DNA of 64,000 bases, from positions 124,001 through 188,000 of the forward strand of contig JAIVFI010000023.1 in NCBI GenBank assembly GCA_025558095.1, in the 5' to 3' direction. The notes below the pieces were generated by a model that did not search any database, was not told where the DNA came from, and saw only the letters and a list, made by a program, of their open reading frames with translations. The stretch is from Hyaloraphidium curvatum SAG 235-1. Taxonomy: Eukaryota; Fungi; Monoblepharomycota. The stretch's first letter is position 1, and each line of letters begins with the position of its first letter. Below, one piece after another: positions 33,911-43,933 of the stretch. The position numbers and the translations under genes are program-made.

Positions 33911-34468
33911 ATTGACGCGTGGGAAGGTCCGCGAAAGTCTGAGGACAGTCCGACGTGTTTTTCGCTAATTGTGACGGGGAACTACAGGAAACCGGTAAGG
34001 CGGGCCGATCGTTACGAGGGCCCGAGTTCGCGTGGAACGGCAGGAATCGGTCATTTGTCGTCTCTATCCATCATCATTCATCAGTCATGGTTCATGTGTG
34101 TATCTCGCACCGGGGTCTAATCGAGATTCAGAGAGGGAGCTCCTGTCTCCACTGCGGTCAATCGATCTCTTCAACAGCACCCATAGGAACTGATCTTACC
34201 AGCTACGTGATTCTTCGCAGCGTTCCTTGATTAAATTGATTGATTTTGACGCGCTCTTCCTGCGCATAGCGTCATAGTGCATGTGGTATGTTGCCACCGG
34301 GTGGAGACCGCGCCACGCCTGTCTCCCAATCCCATCTCTTCGGAGCCAGGCGCCTGCTGCAAAGCTCCTGACTTGCCGCGCAAAAGCGCACTGCTAACTG
34401 GTTCTACCACTTTCGCCCCACTCGCCTAGGAGTGCTTGACGTGCCGAACCTTCCCTTCCTCGAGGACC

Positions 34469-35534
34469 ATGGCCCCTCCTGCGCAGTCGTCTGGCGCCGC
34501 CGCGGCCTCCCCCGCGGGCTCTTCGATCCACACCGCCGAGGGTCAGAAACAGTTCATACACGAGTATCTCGACAACACCGATGTTTACCCCCACTTCGAG
34601 GCGGAAACCAAGCTCGCCGCGCGCGTGCCCTCGGCCGCCGCCAAGCCGCACCTCGACCGCCTGCGCGCCGAGGGATATACCATCCTCCGCGGCCTCCTCT
34701 CGCCCGCGCAGGTGGCGCGCGTCCGCAAGGCGCTGGATGACATGGATCACCGCAAGTTCGGCCGCAACCGCTTCGAGGGCAATCGTACCGTGCGCGTCGA
34801 CAGCCTCGTGGCCAAGCACGTCGCCTTTGCCGGCATGGTGGAGCACCCTGCCATTATGGACATCTTCGACCACATCCTGCTCCCCAATTACCTCATGACG
34901 CTCAACCAGAGCATCCGGATCTTCCCGGGGGAGCGGAGGCAGCCCCTGCACTACGACGACGGGCCGCTGCGGATTCGCTCCAAGGAGTATTCGCCCCTCA
35001 CCGTGTCGACGATGTGGGCAATCAGCCCCTTCACCGCGACCAACGGCGCGACGGTACTCTTCCCCGGAAGTCACCTGGTTGGTCGTCCGCACACCGGATG
35101 CCCAATCAGTCGCTGAAACCGTCCCGCAGTGGGATCCCGACCGCCTCCCCGACGTCGACAAGGATCCCTGGATCCAGGCCATCATGGAGCCCGGCGACGT
35201 ACTCCTCTACATCGGCACGGTCTGGCACGCCGGCGGGGCCAACGTCGATCCCGAAGGCAGCCCCGAGAGGCTGGGTGTGACGATCCAGTACACGCAGCCC
35301 TTCCTGCGCACCGTCGCCAACAGCTTCCTCGTCGTACACCCGAAGGACGTGCTCAAGATGAGCCCGCGGCTGCAGGTTCTGCTCGGCTACGGCATGCACT
35401 CGCCCAACTACGGGCACTTCGATGGGAGGCACCCGATCCGGGCGCTGTCGGAGGAGGGAGGCGGGACTATGAACTGGTTCAAGCAGGTTGATGACGGGTT
35501 GGGGCCGCTGGACGGGTCGTCGGCCAAGCTTTGA
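34469..35534 (+). CDS. Phytanoyl-CoA dioxygenase (PhyH) family protein with PTS1 (AKL), 1 intron
   Basis: L..EGYTIL..LLS, GRN.FEG..T.R, IFPGE..QPLHYDD, WAISPFT.TNGAT...PGSHL|W, MEPGDVL...G.VWH.GGAN; ends SAKL*. Confidence 0.9.
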
Positions 35535-35700
35535 GAACGGGAGCATGACGTCATGTAGAGCATTCAGTTTACTGTTCAACAGTCTCCGCCGCGTTGTGAG
35601 CGATCGGCCCGGCCGTTGCTGGCTCGCCTCAGTCCAGATCCGGTGACCGTCGATCAGATCTCTATCACTTCACGTCGATCACGGGGCACCAACCTCCGCA

Positions 35701-37295
35701 ATGACAACCGAATCGGAACCGCGCGGCAAGCTGCCGCCTCCGCTCACATTTTCACGCGCGGAATGGCTGGCGATTATTCCCAACCCGGCGGCGCAGCACG
35801 GCGCGCGCGGGATCCGAGACGTGGAGAACCGCGTCCCCGAAGTGTCATCGCCCCTGCCGGAGCCCGGGGCTCTGACGAGGGCCGAACTGCTCGAGGGCTG
35901 CTCGTGCAGTCCGTTTCTGGCCGCGCTTGTGGTCCATGGAATCGCCTCCGTCTCCACATTCGCCCGAATCCAACCCTTTCGCCACGCCGCTCTCTTCGCC
36001 CTCGTTCTCGCGATGTTCGCGCCGACGTGGATTTTCAACGACGGGACCTTTGGACAGAAGCAGCTTGTCGCATCTTTGGTCGCGTTCTTGGTCGGCGTTT
36101 CCGCGACCGTTGTCCAGATCTTTCTGTCTTGGAAGTCATTCGCAGCCGCAGCCGAACTGTGCAAAGGCAATGATTTCTCCTGGCACTTCGCTGCGGGGCT
36201 GGCCCGTTGGTCTCAGTTGGTCGGAAGGATCAGGAGAAGGGAGACTTGCATATAGGCTCTGCTGGCCTGCTGGTGCACAGCGAAGGGGATGATTTGTGTC
36301 CCTGCCCGCTCCCCTCATGCGCGGGGACGCTGTTGTCGTTTGCGGGCACCTTGGGCATTGCAAACACCCTCGTTATGACCCTTGTGATAATCACGGCCGT
36401 GTTCTTTGAATCCTGGACGCCCGTTGTGCGTTGCGGGCAGCAGACTTGGACCCATCCTTGGAGCGCGGTGCTAGCAAGCGTCATGCTCTTCACGCTCCTC
36501 TTCCACTACTGCACTTTCTCGCCCGTGCACAACAGCATCGTCCTTTTGCGGCTCGCACGGCGCGTGCACCATCGCGCGGCGTTGCTCGCCACCAGCTCTC
36601 TTTTGCAGCGCTACCGCGAGGCAACGAACCATCCTCGGGCTGCATTGGAGCTCTGTGAGCGCGAAGCCGTGTCGGAAAAGGAGGCCTACGTCGTTCTTCA
36701 CTCGGAACTTGTAAGGTTTTGGGCCTCGCAACCCTTCTTTGCCCCCTTCCTGAACACATTGAGCATCGAGGTCGTCTCGGAAGTGGTCACCTTGGTCATC
36801 TTCGTGGTGAGTACTGGCATCGCTCGCGTTGTTCTCGCGCAAAGCAGCTGATTGTTGCGGCACGCCCGCTTGTCACGCCAGTCGACCGGCAACTGCATAC
36901 CCATATGTCTTGTTTTGCTCTTCGTGTTTTACGCCGTCGCCTACAGCTTCCACCTAGCCGACCTCGCCGTTCGCAACGGCATGATCTCGGCGGTCACGGA
37001 CGTCTACCGCTCGGCACGACGCGAGATCCACGAGCTCCTCGTCGACTCGGCGACCCTCGCGCGCAACGCCGGCCGCGTGCAGCTCGAACACGCGCTGCTG
37101 ATGCATTCCGAGCTGCTGGCCTCCTTCTGCGAGGCGGACCGCATGCAGGGCAAGATATTGGGGATCAGAGTGGACCAATCTACCCCTCGGCGTGCTCTGG
37201 CCACGCTGATCACACTCTGCGTGGGGCTGTGGACCATACTCAGGAGCTCGGGGACCTTTCTGACCACGGACAACGTGTGTCCAGGTGGAACATGA
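35701..37295 (+). pseudogene. Second full-length copy of the multi-TM family, with a frameshift near 36222 and intron about 36808-36880
   Basis: F.R.EWLAIIP.P, RWSQLV then a frame change to ..LLVH...DLCPCP.PSCAG; IFV|STGNCIP; ends GKILGIRVD....RRALATLITLCVGLWTILR..G...T.DNVCP. No convincing intron bridges the frame change. Confidence 0.7.
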
Positions 37296-37385
37296 AGGTG
37301 CCACATCCAAGGACAAGTCTTGATCGGGTGGTCGATCTGGACGGGTCCGGAGCGTAGCTTGATTGGTATCCGTGAACACGACAGG

Positions 37386-38279
37386 TCACCACCACTTCTC
37401 GAACCGAGTCCGCTCCTCCGGCACCCCGATCCTCCCCAGCGCCTCCAGAACAAACGCCTCAAAGGCGTTGGGCCCGCAGAGAAACACGGTCTGGCCTTCG
37501 TACTTCCCCTCTGGCGCGAGCACCTCCCTCAGATCGTCCTCCGCTATCCTTCTGGCAACGGCGCCGTCCTCCGCCGGCACTTCACTCGCCCCCTGTCCGG
37601 TGACAAAGAATCGCGCCTCGATCCCTGTGCCCGGATTCCGCGCCAGCTCCGAGATCCGCGCCCGAAACAGGCCCTCCCCAGGGCGAAACGAATGCATCAC
37701 CCTCCCCCTGAGCCGTCTCCCGCCTCCCGCTGCCAGATTCAGCGCCGCCAGGTGCGACACCATGCTCATCAAAGGGGTCAGCCCCACCCCGCCGGCCAGG
37801 AACACCACGTCCGGCCCCCGCCTGCCGGGGGTCCGCTCGCGCACCAGCTGCGCGAACAGATCGCCGTCCCAGAAGAACTCCCCCCCGACGCGCGCGCCGA
37901 CCACGTCGCCTGCCTTTGCGCCCGAATGGAGCCACGCCGCGACGGGGTTCCGCGGGGACTGCCGCACTGCCAGCTCGAAAGTCCCCGACCTCTCCAGCTC
38001 CGCGGGGGTCGAGGTGATCGAGAACCCGCCGACGTCCGGGAGGTGCGGCGGGAAGAAATCGATCCATTGGCCCGGCATGAAGGAGAAGGGCTCGCCCAGC
38101 GAGGCATCGAGGGATTCCTGGGGCAGGGAAAGCTCGAAGGTCTTGACGGTCGGCGTCGCGTCGCGGACCGCGAGGATCGTGGCGCGGTGCGTGCGCGACG
38201 CGCGGCGCACGGTGCGCGTGATCTCGGAGTGCATCGTGGCGGCCGACATGGCGCGGAAGAGGGAGGGGACGCGCGTCAT
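37386..38279 (-). CDS. FNR-like FAD/NAD-binding oxidoreductase (OXNAD1-like)
   Basis: FSFMPGQWIDFF.P..PDVGGFSITSTP, LAV....NP...WLH, RVGGEF, FLAGGVGLTPLMSM, FLCGP, terminal FEKWW. Start codon choice uncertain. Confidence 0.9.
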   Translation of the reverse strand: MTRVPSLFRAMSAATMHSEITRTVRRASRTHRATILAVRDATPTVKTFELSLPQESLDASLGEPFSFMPGQWIDFFPPHLPDVGGFSITSTPAELERSGTFELAVRQSPRNPVAAWLHSGAKAGDVVGARVGGEFFWDGDLFAQLVRERTPGRRGPDVVFLAGGVGLTPLMSMVSHLAALNLAAGGGRRLRGRVMHSFRPGEGLFRARISELARNPGTGIEARFFVTGQGASEVPAEDGAVARRIAEDDLREVLAPEGKYEGQTVFLCGPNAFEAFVLEALGRIGVPEERTRFEKWW

Positions 38280-38506
38280 GCGAGGAGTCGGATCGGAGTT
38301 CCCGCGATCTGCGCCGCAGCGATGATCCCATCTAGGCGCAACCGAGCCGAAAGTCGTCAGACGGATGGAGTAGAAGTAACACCAGAGAATGAATTGCGCA
38401 TCAACTCTACATATCGGCCGCCGGGGCGACGCATACCGGGCCAGCCTTGCCAGAGATGCCCACGATCATCGGCCGCAAAGTCACATCGGGTCCACGCGAC
38501 GGAGGT

Positions 38507-39401
38507 TCAGAGGATGGTGCAGCAGCGGGAGGAGGGTTCCGCGGCGGCGGCGGCCTTGGCGGGCTTTTCGGGGGAAGCTGCGACGAGTTGGGGAGGTGAG
38601 ACTAATGAAGCGCCGACGGCCAGGGGCCGCGAGACGAACCCTCGGCCTCGGCGCTGTCAAACTGCTTGAGAACGATGTGGATCACGGTGGTCTGTCCGGC
38701 GGGAATCTTTTGCGCTGCGGAAGGAAACAGTCAGCACAAGCAACGAGATAGGAGACCGCAGTCCGTTCCAGGTGCCCGAGGAGCAAACCGATCGGCTAGC
38801 GGCTTTCTCTGCCCCTGCCTAACTGAAGAAACTTCCGGCATTTGGCCGGGTTCTTCCTGAGGAACCTTCCGCGCTCAACGGCCAGCCCGGTCACTTGAAG
38901 GGCAGTTCCGCAGGGCGCGATCGTTCAGACAGGCGGACGCCACAGCAGGCCGCCAAAGACAATTAAGGAGCACCAGGAAACGCGCCGGCGGGGCCGCATC
39001 GGACCGCCGCTGCAGCACCCGGTGCCGGGGCCCCGAAACCCCGCTTCCGCCCGTCCTCCCCCAAAATGCCGACACTCACACTCCAGCGTGTTTCCCCCCT
39101 CCAGAAATCGCCCGCGGTACAGGATCCTGACGGCCTGCAGCGACTTTGGGCGCTCGTCGGCCCACTCGGGCGGCCACGAGTCGAAGACGCGCCTCCGCAC
39201 GGCCTCGACCGACTCCTGCGGGCCGGCGAGCATGTCCGTCTTGCGGCCCGAGACGAGCAGCAGCCGCAGGTTGATCTTCTCGGGCGGCACGGCGTCGATG
39301 ACGTTCAGCGGCGGCGGCGCGTCCGCGCGCGGCGGCGGCGGGTCGGGCGACGGCGCGCGCTCCTCGAGCGGCAGCTCCGGCGCCGCCGCGGGCGCTGACA
39401 T
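38507..39401 (-). CDS. UBL3: Membrane-anchored ubiquitin-fold protein (UBL3/MUB) with CCaaX prenylation motif; 3 exons
   Basis: INLRLLLVSGRK..F.SWP.EW..P.S...RILYRGRFL.G..TLE|SQKIP.GQTTVIHIV|..EPSSRCCTIL*; intron 39079-38715 plus a short second intron. Exons 2-3 are absent from the ORF track. Confidence 0.9.
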
Positions 39402-39680
39402 GGCGCCGCGGCGCGCGGGCGGGCCGGACTCCCGAGCCGGGAAGGGGCACAGCGGGGAGCGGTTGCAGGGCCCTTGCACTGCCTCTCTGACCAGATGCTC
39501 GATCGTCGTGCGAGCTGCGAAGCCCCGAAACGAGCCCCGAAGAACACACGGCGCTCTGAACAGAGCCAGATATCTTATGCAGGACTCAAATCTGTCGCAG
39601 ATGCATATCGCATTCGTATAATTTGCTGCTCTGATGCTCGGATCGGCCTCCATGTAACTCTTTCTCCTTTTCACGGCAAT

Positions 39681-40885
39681 CTACACCATGAACTCGAAGG
39701 GCTGCCCGTCCGACTCCCCTCCGTCCACTGCGTCACCAGCACCGTCTGCTGCCCAGCAGGCATCGCCGGCAAAGTCACCGCGAACGCCCCATCCGCCGTT
39801 GCGTTGGCCTCCGCGATCGCCTGTTCAGGCTCGAAGGAGCACCACTGAGGGATGTCTCCGCAGGCGCTGAAAGGGTAGACCCTGATCCCGGCGTTCGCGA
39901 TCGCTTGACCAGTAAGCGTCGGCTTCCTGTCCGCGTCCGCAGTGACGGAGGTCACGTTCGGAGGATACGGCACGTCGAACGGCCCCGCCGTCAGAATCGG
40001 CGACGCGATCCCCATCTTGCTGAGCTGGAAATAGTAAGCTATCCACCTCCCGCTGGACATGGTCTCGCCCATGCGCCAGTACCGCTCCGGGGTGTACCCA
40101 TCGTTGCCGCCCTGGCTGTTGGTGTGCTCGATGGCTCCGTTGGGAAGAATCCGGGCGAGGCACATCGTAAAAGCGCAGCCGGATGTTTTGGTGCCGCCGG
40201 CATAGATGGTGTTGCCTTCTTGGCTGACCCCATCTTCGCCGAGGCCGAAGGCCAGCTTCGGAGGCTGGGTTACGGGGATCGAGAGGGCGGCGCGCGGGGG
40301 AGCATAGGTGAGGCTGAAGAAAGGAATGGACTGGTGAATCATGTCGGTGGAGGTGAGGAAGGAGAGCTTGGTTCCCCGAGGGATGGTCTTTGTGGTCTTC
40401 ACGGTGAACAGGCCCCGGGGCCCAACGTTCGCCCAGCCGATTCTTTTCTTTTCGTCGTAGGTGCCATTCCAGCCGGCGTAGATGTCGACATAGTAGGGCG
40501 ACTCCCACTCGTAGCAGGGGTTCGCCTCGTCCGGCAGCGGCTCGTCCACGGCGGGGTCGTAGCGCCCGTTGCGGTTCCGGTCGAAAAAGATGCGGCCCGA
40601 GATGGCGTGCACGGTGCTCCGGGGCGGAGGCGTCACGGTGCGGGTTCTTGTGGTTCTCCGACTCGTGGTCGTGCGGGGTTTGCAGCATTTCGCGGCGCGG
40701 GCGTAGTTGGCGTTGGCCGGGGGAAGCAGGGGCTTGCCGGGCGGGCACGCGGCGCAGTACGCCCTGGTCCAGCTCGTGGGTGATTTGCGATGCGTCAGAG
40801 TGGTCAGGTGTACGATCGGTCACGTCCCTCAGCCCCAACTTGGGCGCCTCTTCGGGCACGAGCTGTCCGACGTCCGCCGCAGCCG
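39681..40885 (-). pseudogene. Degenerate tandem copy of the adjacent SdrD-B-like/Ig-like secreted protein gene
   Basis: Colinear with 41154-42614, but has a 2-nt deletion near 40767 (HELD/RAYCAAC), a 4-nt deletion near 39720 (QWT/GESDGQ), and no signal-peptide region. Confidence 0.8.
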
Positions 40886-41153
40886 GGGCCGCTCCTCGCC
40901 TCTGCCTCCGTGCAGACGTGCCAGCCAACAGCGCCATCAGAAAATCTAGCCTCCATCCCGGCTCGGCTCGCACCTGCTCACTTACCGGCATCTAGCGCAT
41001 GCAATTCTAACAGGCGTTCGCAGTGCATTCGCCGCGATCCCAGCAACGGAGAAGACGAAATGACGACGATGAGCATCAGAGCAAGCATGACGAGAGAACG
41101 GGCAGTTGGCGCGGGGTATGTGTTTGGCATTGTTGTGGCACGTCGCAAGCCAT

Positions 41154-42614
41154 CTACACGGTGAACTCGAACGATTGCCCGTCCGACTCCCCTTCGTCCG
41201 TCCACTGCGTCGCCAGCACCGTTTGCTGCCCAGCAGGCATCGCGGGCAAAGTCACGGCGAACGCCCCGTCCGCCGTTGCGTTGGCCACCGCGATCGCCTT
41301 CTCGGGCCAGAAGGAGCACCACTCGGGGAAGTTCCCGCAGGCGCTGAAGGGGTAGATCCTTATCGCAGCTTTTGCGGTCGCATGGCCGATGAGAGTGGGC
41401 TTCCTGGCCGCGTCCACGGCGGCAGAGGTCACGTTCGGGGGATAGGGCACGTCGAACGGCCCCGCTGTCAGCATCGGCGACGCGATCCCCATCTTGTTGA
41501 GCTGTAAGTAGAAAGCCATCCACCGCCCGCTGTGCATGGAGTTGCCCATGGCCCAATATCGCCCGGGGGTGTACCCATCGTTGCCGGCGGCACCGTTGTT
41601 GTCCTCCACGGTGCCGTTCGGGTAGATCCGCGCGATGCACATCATGAACCTGCAGCCGGGGGACTTGGTACCTGCGGCAGAGATGTGATTCCCTTCTCGG
41701 CGGAGCCCGTCTTCTTTGTCGAAGGCCAGCTTGGCAGGCTGGGTTACGGGGATCGACAGGGCGGCCCCCGGAGGTGCGTAGGTGAGGTTGAAGAAAGGAA
41801 CGGGGTTGTCGAGCACGTTATTGGAGTTCACGAAGGAGAGCTTGGTTCCCCGAGGGACGATCTTGGTGGTCTTGACGGTGAAGAGACCCCTGGGACCAAC
41901 GCTCGCCCAGCCGATCTCCTTCTTCCCGTCGTAAGTCCCACTCCAGTTGGCATAGACACCAACGTGGTAAGGCCCCTCGAAGCAGGGGGTTTCTACGTCC
42001 GGAAGCGGCTCGTCCACGGCGGGGTCGAAGCGCCCGTTGCGGTTGCGGTCGAAAAAGATGCGGCCCGAGATGGCGTGCACGGTGCTGCGGGGCGGAGGCG
42101 TCACGGTGCGGGTTCTTGTGGTTCTCCGACTCGTGGTCGTGCGGGGTTTGCAGCATTTCGCGGCGCGGGCGTAGTTGGCGTTGGCCGGGGGAAGCAGGGG
42201 CTTGCCGGGCGGGCAGGCGGCGCAGTATGCCCTCGCCTCCAGCTTGTGGGTGATTTGCGATGCGTCAGAGCGGTCAGCTGTACGATCGGTTACGTCCCTC
42301 AGCGCCAGCTTGGGCGCCTCTTCGGGCACGAACTGTCCGACGCCCGCCGCAGCCGCGGCCGTCGGCGCCGGCCCGTAGTCCCACACCGTCTTCACGGTGG
42401 GCCGCAGCGTCGTCGTCCTCCACACCGTCGCCGTCGTGGTCGCCGGAGGACGGCAGCAGCACGCGGCACCGGCGGCCGAAGCGGAGCCGCAGGTTGGTCC
42501 CGCCGCGAGCGCGCGGGTGGTCGTCGGCAGCGCGCCGGCGGGGCCCAAGAACAATGCCACGAGGAGCAGAGGAAGAGCGCTGGGACAGGAGTGGTGTCTG
42601 GAATCGGTATTCAT
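41154..42614 (-). CDS. Secreted protein: Cys/Thr-rich N-terminus, SdrD-B-like domain, C-terminal bacterial Ig-like domain
   Basis: Signal ALPLLLVALFLGPAGA; ISGRIFFDRNRNGRFDPAVDEPLPDV (DxNxNG Ca-binding-type loop); PTLIG.A.A.A.I.IY...IA.A.A.ADGAFAVTLP....GQQTV.ATQ..S.FEFTV. Confidence 0.75.
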   Translation of the reverse strand: MNTDSRHHSCPSALPLLLVALFLGPAGALPTTTRALAAGPTCGSASAAGAACCCRPPATTTATVWRTTTLRPTVKTVWDYGPAPTAAAAAGVGQFVPEEAPKLALRDVTDRTADRSDASQITHKLEARAYCAACPPGKPLLPPANANYARAAKCCKPRTTTSRRTTRTRTVTPPPRSTVHAISGRIFFDRNRNGRFDPAVDEPLPDVETPCFEGPYHVGVYANWSGTYDGKKEIGWASVGPRGLFTVKTTKIVPRGTKLSFVNSNNVLDNPVPFFNLTYAPPGAALSIPVTQPAKLAFDKEDGLRREGNHISAAGTKSPGCRFMMCIARIYPNGTVEDNNGAAGNDGYTPGRYWAMGNSMHSGRWMAFYLQLNKMGIASPMLTAGPFDVPYPPNVTSAAVDAARKPTLIGHATAKAAIRIYPFSACGNFPEWCSFWPEKAIAVANATADGAFAVTLPAMPAGQQTVLATQWTDEGESDGQSFEFTV

Positions 42615-42949
42615 TGTAGGTTGCAGGTTGTGGGATGACTCCTTCAGGGATCGGTTCTTGGCCACAGTCGTGTGGCGGAGCCTGACGTCACACGCCGGAA
42701 CAAAACGGGCAGGCTTCCGGGCCTTCGCTTGCAGGATCAAAAGGGGCTTCAGATGTATCCTACGTTCGGACGATTTAGTCGCTCTGATGGTTGCATCGAT
42801 TCAATCGTTACCGAGATTGGGTGACTGCAACGCGCAGGCCACTGGAAACGAGGCCGAGGAAAGCAAATCGATGAATTCCGAGTGCTATTTTGTTGCACCT
42901 GCCACAAAGCTCGGCGTGTGGGGAGCAGATCCTGCTCGCTTGTAGGCTC

Positions 42950-43590
42950 TATGCTGCGAGTCGTCGGAGTTCCAAGTTCGTTCCAAGACCACAGCAGCGT
43001 CGAAATCTACAGGCCGGACTGGCACGTGGACATGCCAGTGCGGTTGGTCGGGCTGGGGACGGCCCCTGCAGTGCTCTCGTTCGGGGGCGGGGCGTACGCG
43101 CCTGAAAAGATCCTCGTCGAGGCCCCGCTTTACATGCAGAACGTCAGGATCTCGCACTTTGACGGCGAGTACAGTTCCGCCGGCGCGACCTTCGGCGTGA
43201 GGGGAACGATCGTCCTCGAGGACTGCGGCGTCGCCACCAACTGTTCCGGAAGCGCGGTGAACCTCCAGGCCGGATCCCGGGCTTGGTTCCACCGCACGTC
43301 TTTCGAAAGTGTCCCCGACTACGACTATCCCCGATATGTGATCGAAATCGAGGGGGGCTGCTTCGGAGCCGCGCGGTGCACCTTCAAGCCGCCAGCCGAG
43401 GAGGCGTTTTACAACTGGGAATCGAGCTGCGTCGAAGGAAGGACCGATGGCGCGTTGAACTGCAGCCCTGGCGCAGGGGTTTCGGATCGCGCGGGTTCCT
43501 GCGCGCGTTCACCGGGGACCCGAGCGACGGAGAAGACGGGGACGGCGAGGCCGGCGAGGCCGGCGACTCGGAAGTGTGAGCGCCGGCGCT
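42950..43590 (+). other. Possible beta-helix (pectin-lyase-like) coding remnant
   Basis: Coding-like segment PVRLVG.G...LYMQNVRISH...IVLEDC.V...FHRTSF...ARCTF; start unclear and apparent frame disruption near 43450. Confidence 0.3.
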
Positions 43591-43933
43591 GAATGGGACT
43601 GTGATCATTTCCGCGGCGTCCGATCCCGGCCTCGGCATTTTCCCCGGCGACGTGCTCAACATCGAAGGCATTGGGGATGGCAGCTTGACCCTGCGGGCAT
43701 GGCGCGGGCATGACGAGGGTGAGCACGTCGAGGGCACCCAAAGGTACAGATCCAGCCACTCTAAAATCCAAAAGCAGTGCTCAGCGCGCCTTTAGCACCC
43801 TCTGTGGGCCGAACGGGGTTGTAATGGGCGTTTGTAAAATCAGTCAATCCAGAAAGTCAGTCAGTAGTCACACCCAGCCGCCAGGCCACGACGAACGCTT
43901 CTCGAGGGCGGGCACGCAGAAGGGTTAGCTCAA

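Noticed and set aside
33920-34460. ncRNA, tRNA or transposon in lower-GC intergenic stretches (also 10520-11060, 15460-16090, 46130-46850)
   Set aside because: No cloverleaf, terminal inverted repeats, LTRs or transposase/RT motifs recognised; consistent with promoters and UTRs.
36200-36256. Intron explaining the frame change in the second 7TM-family copy
   Set aside because: The GT..AG pairs I tested are out of phase, very short, or remove the conserved RWSQL block.
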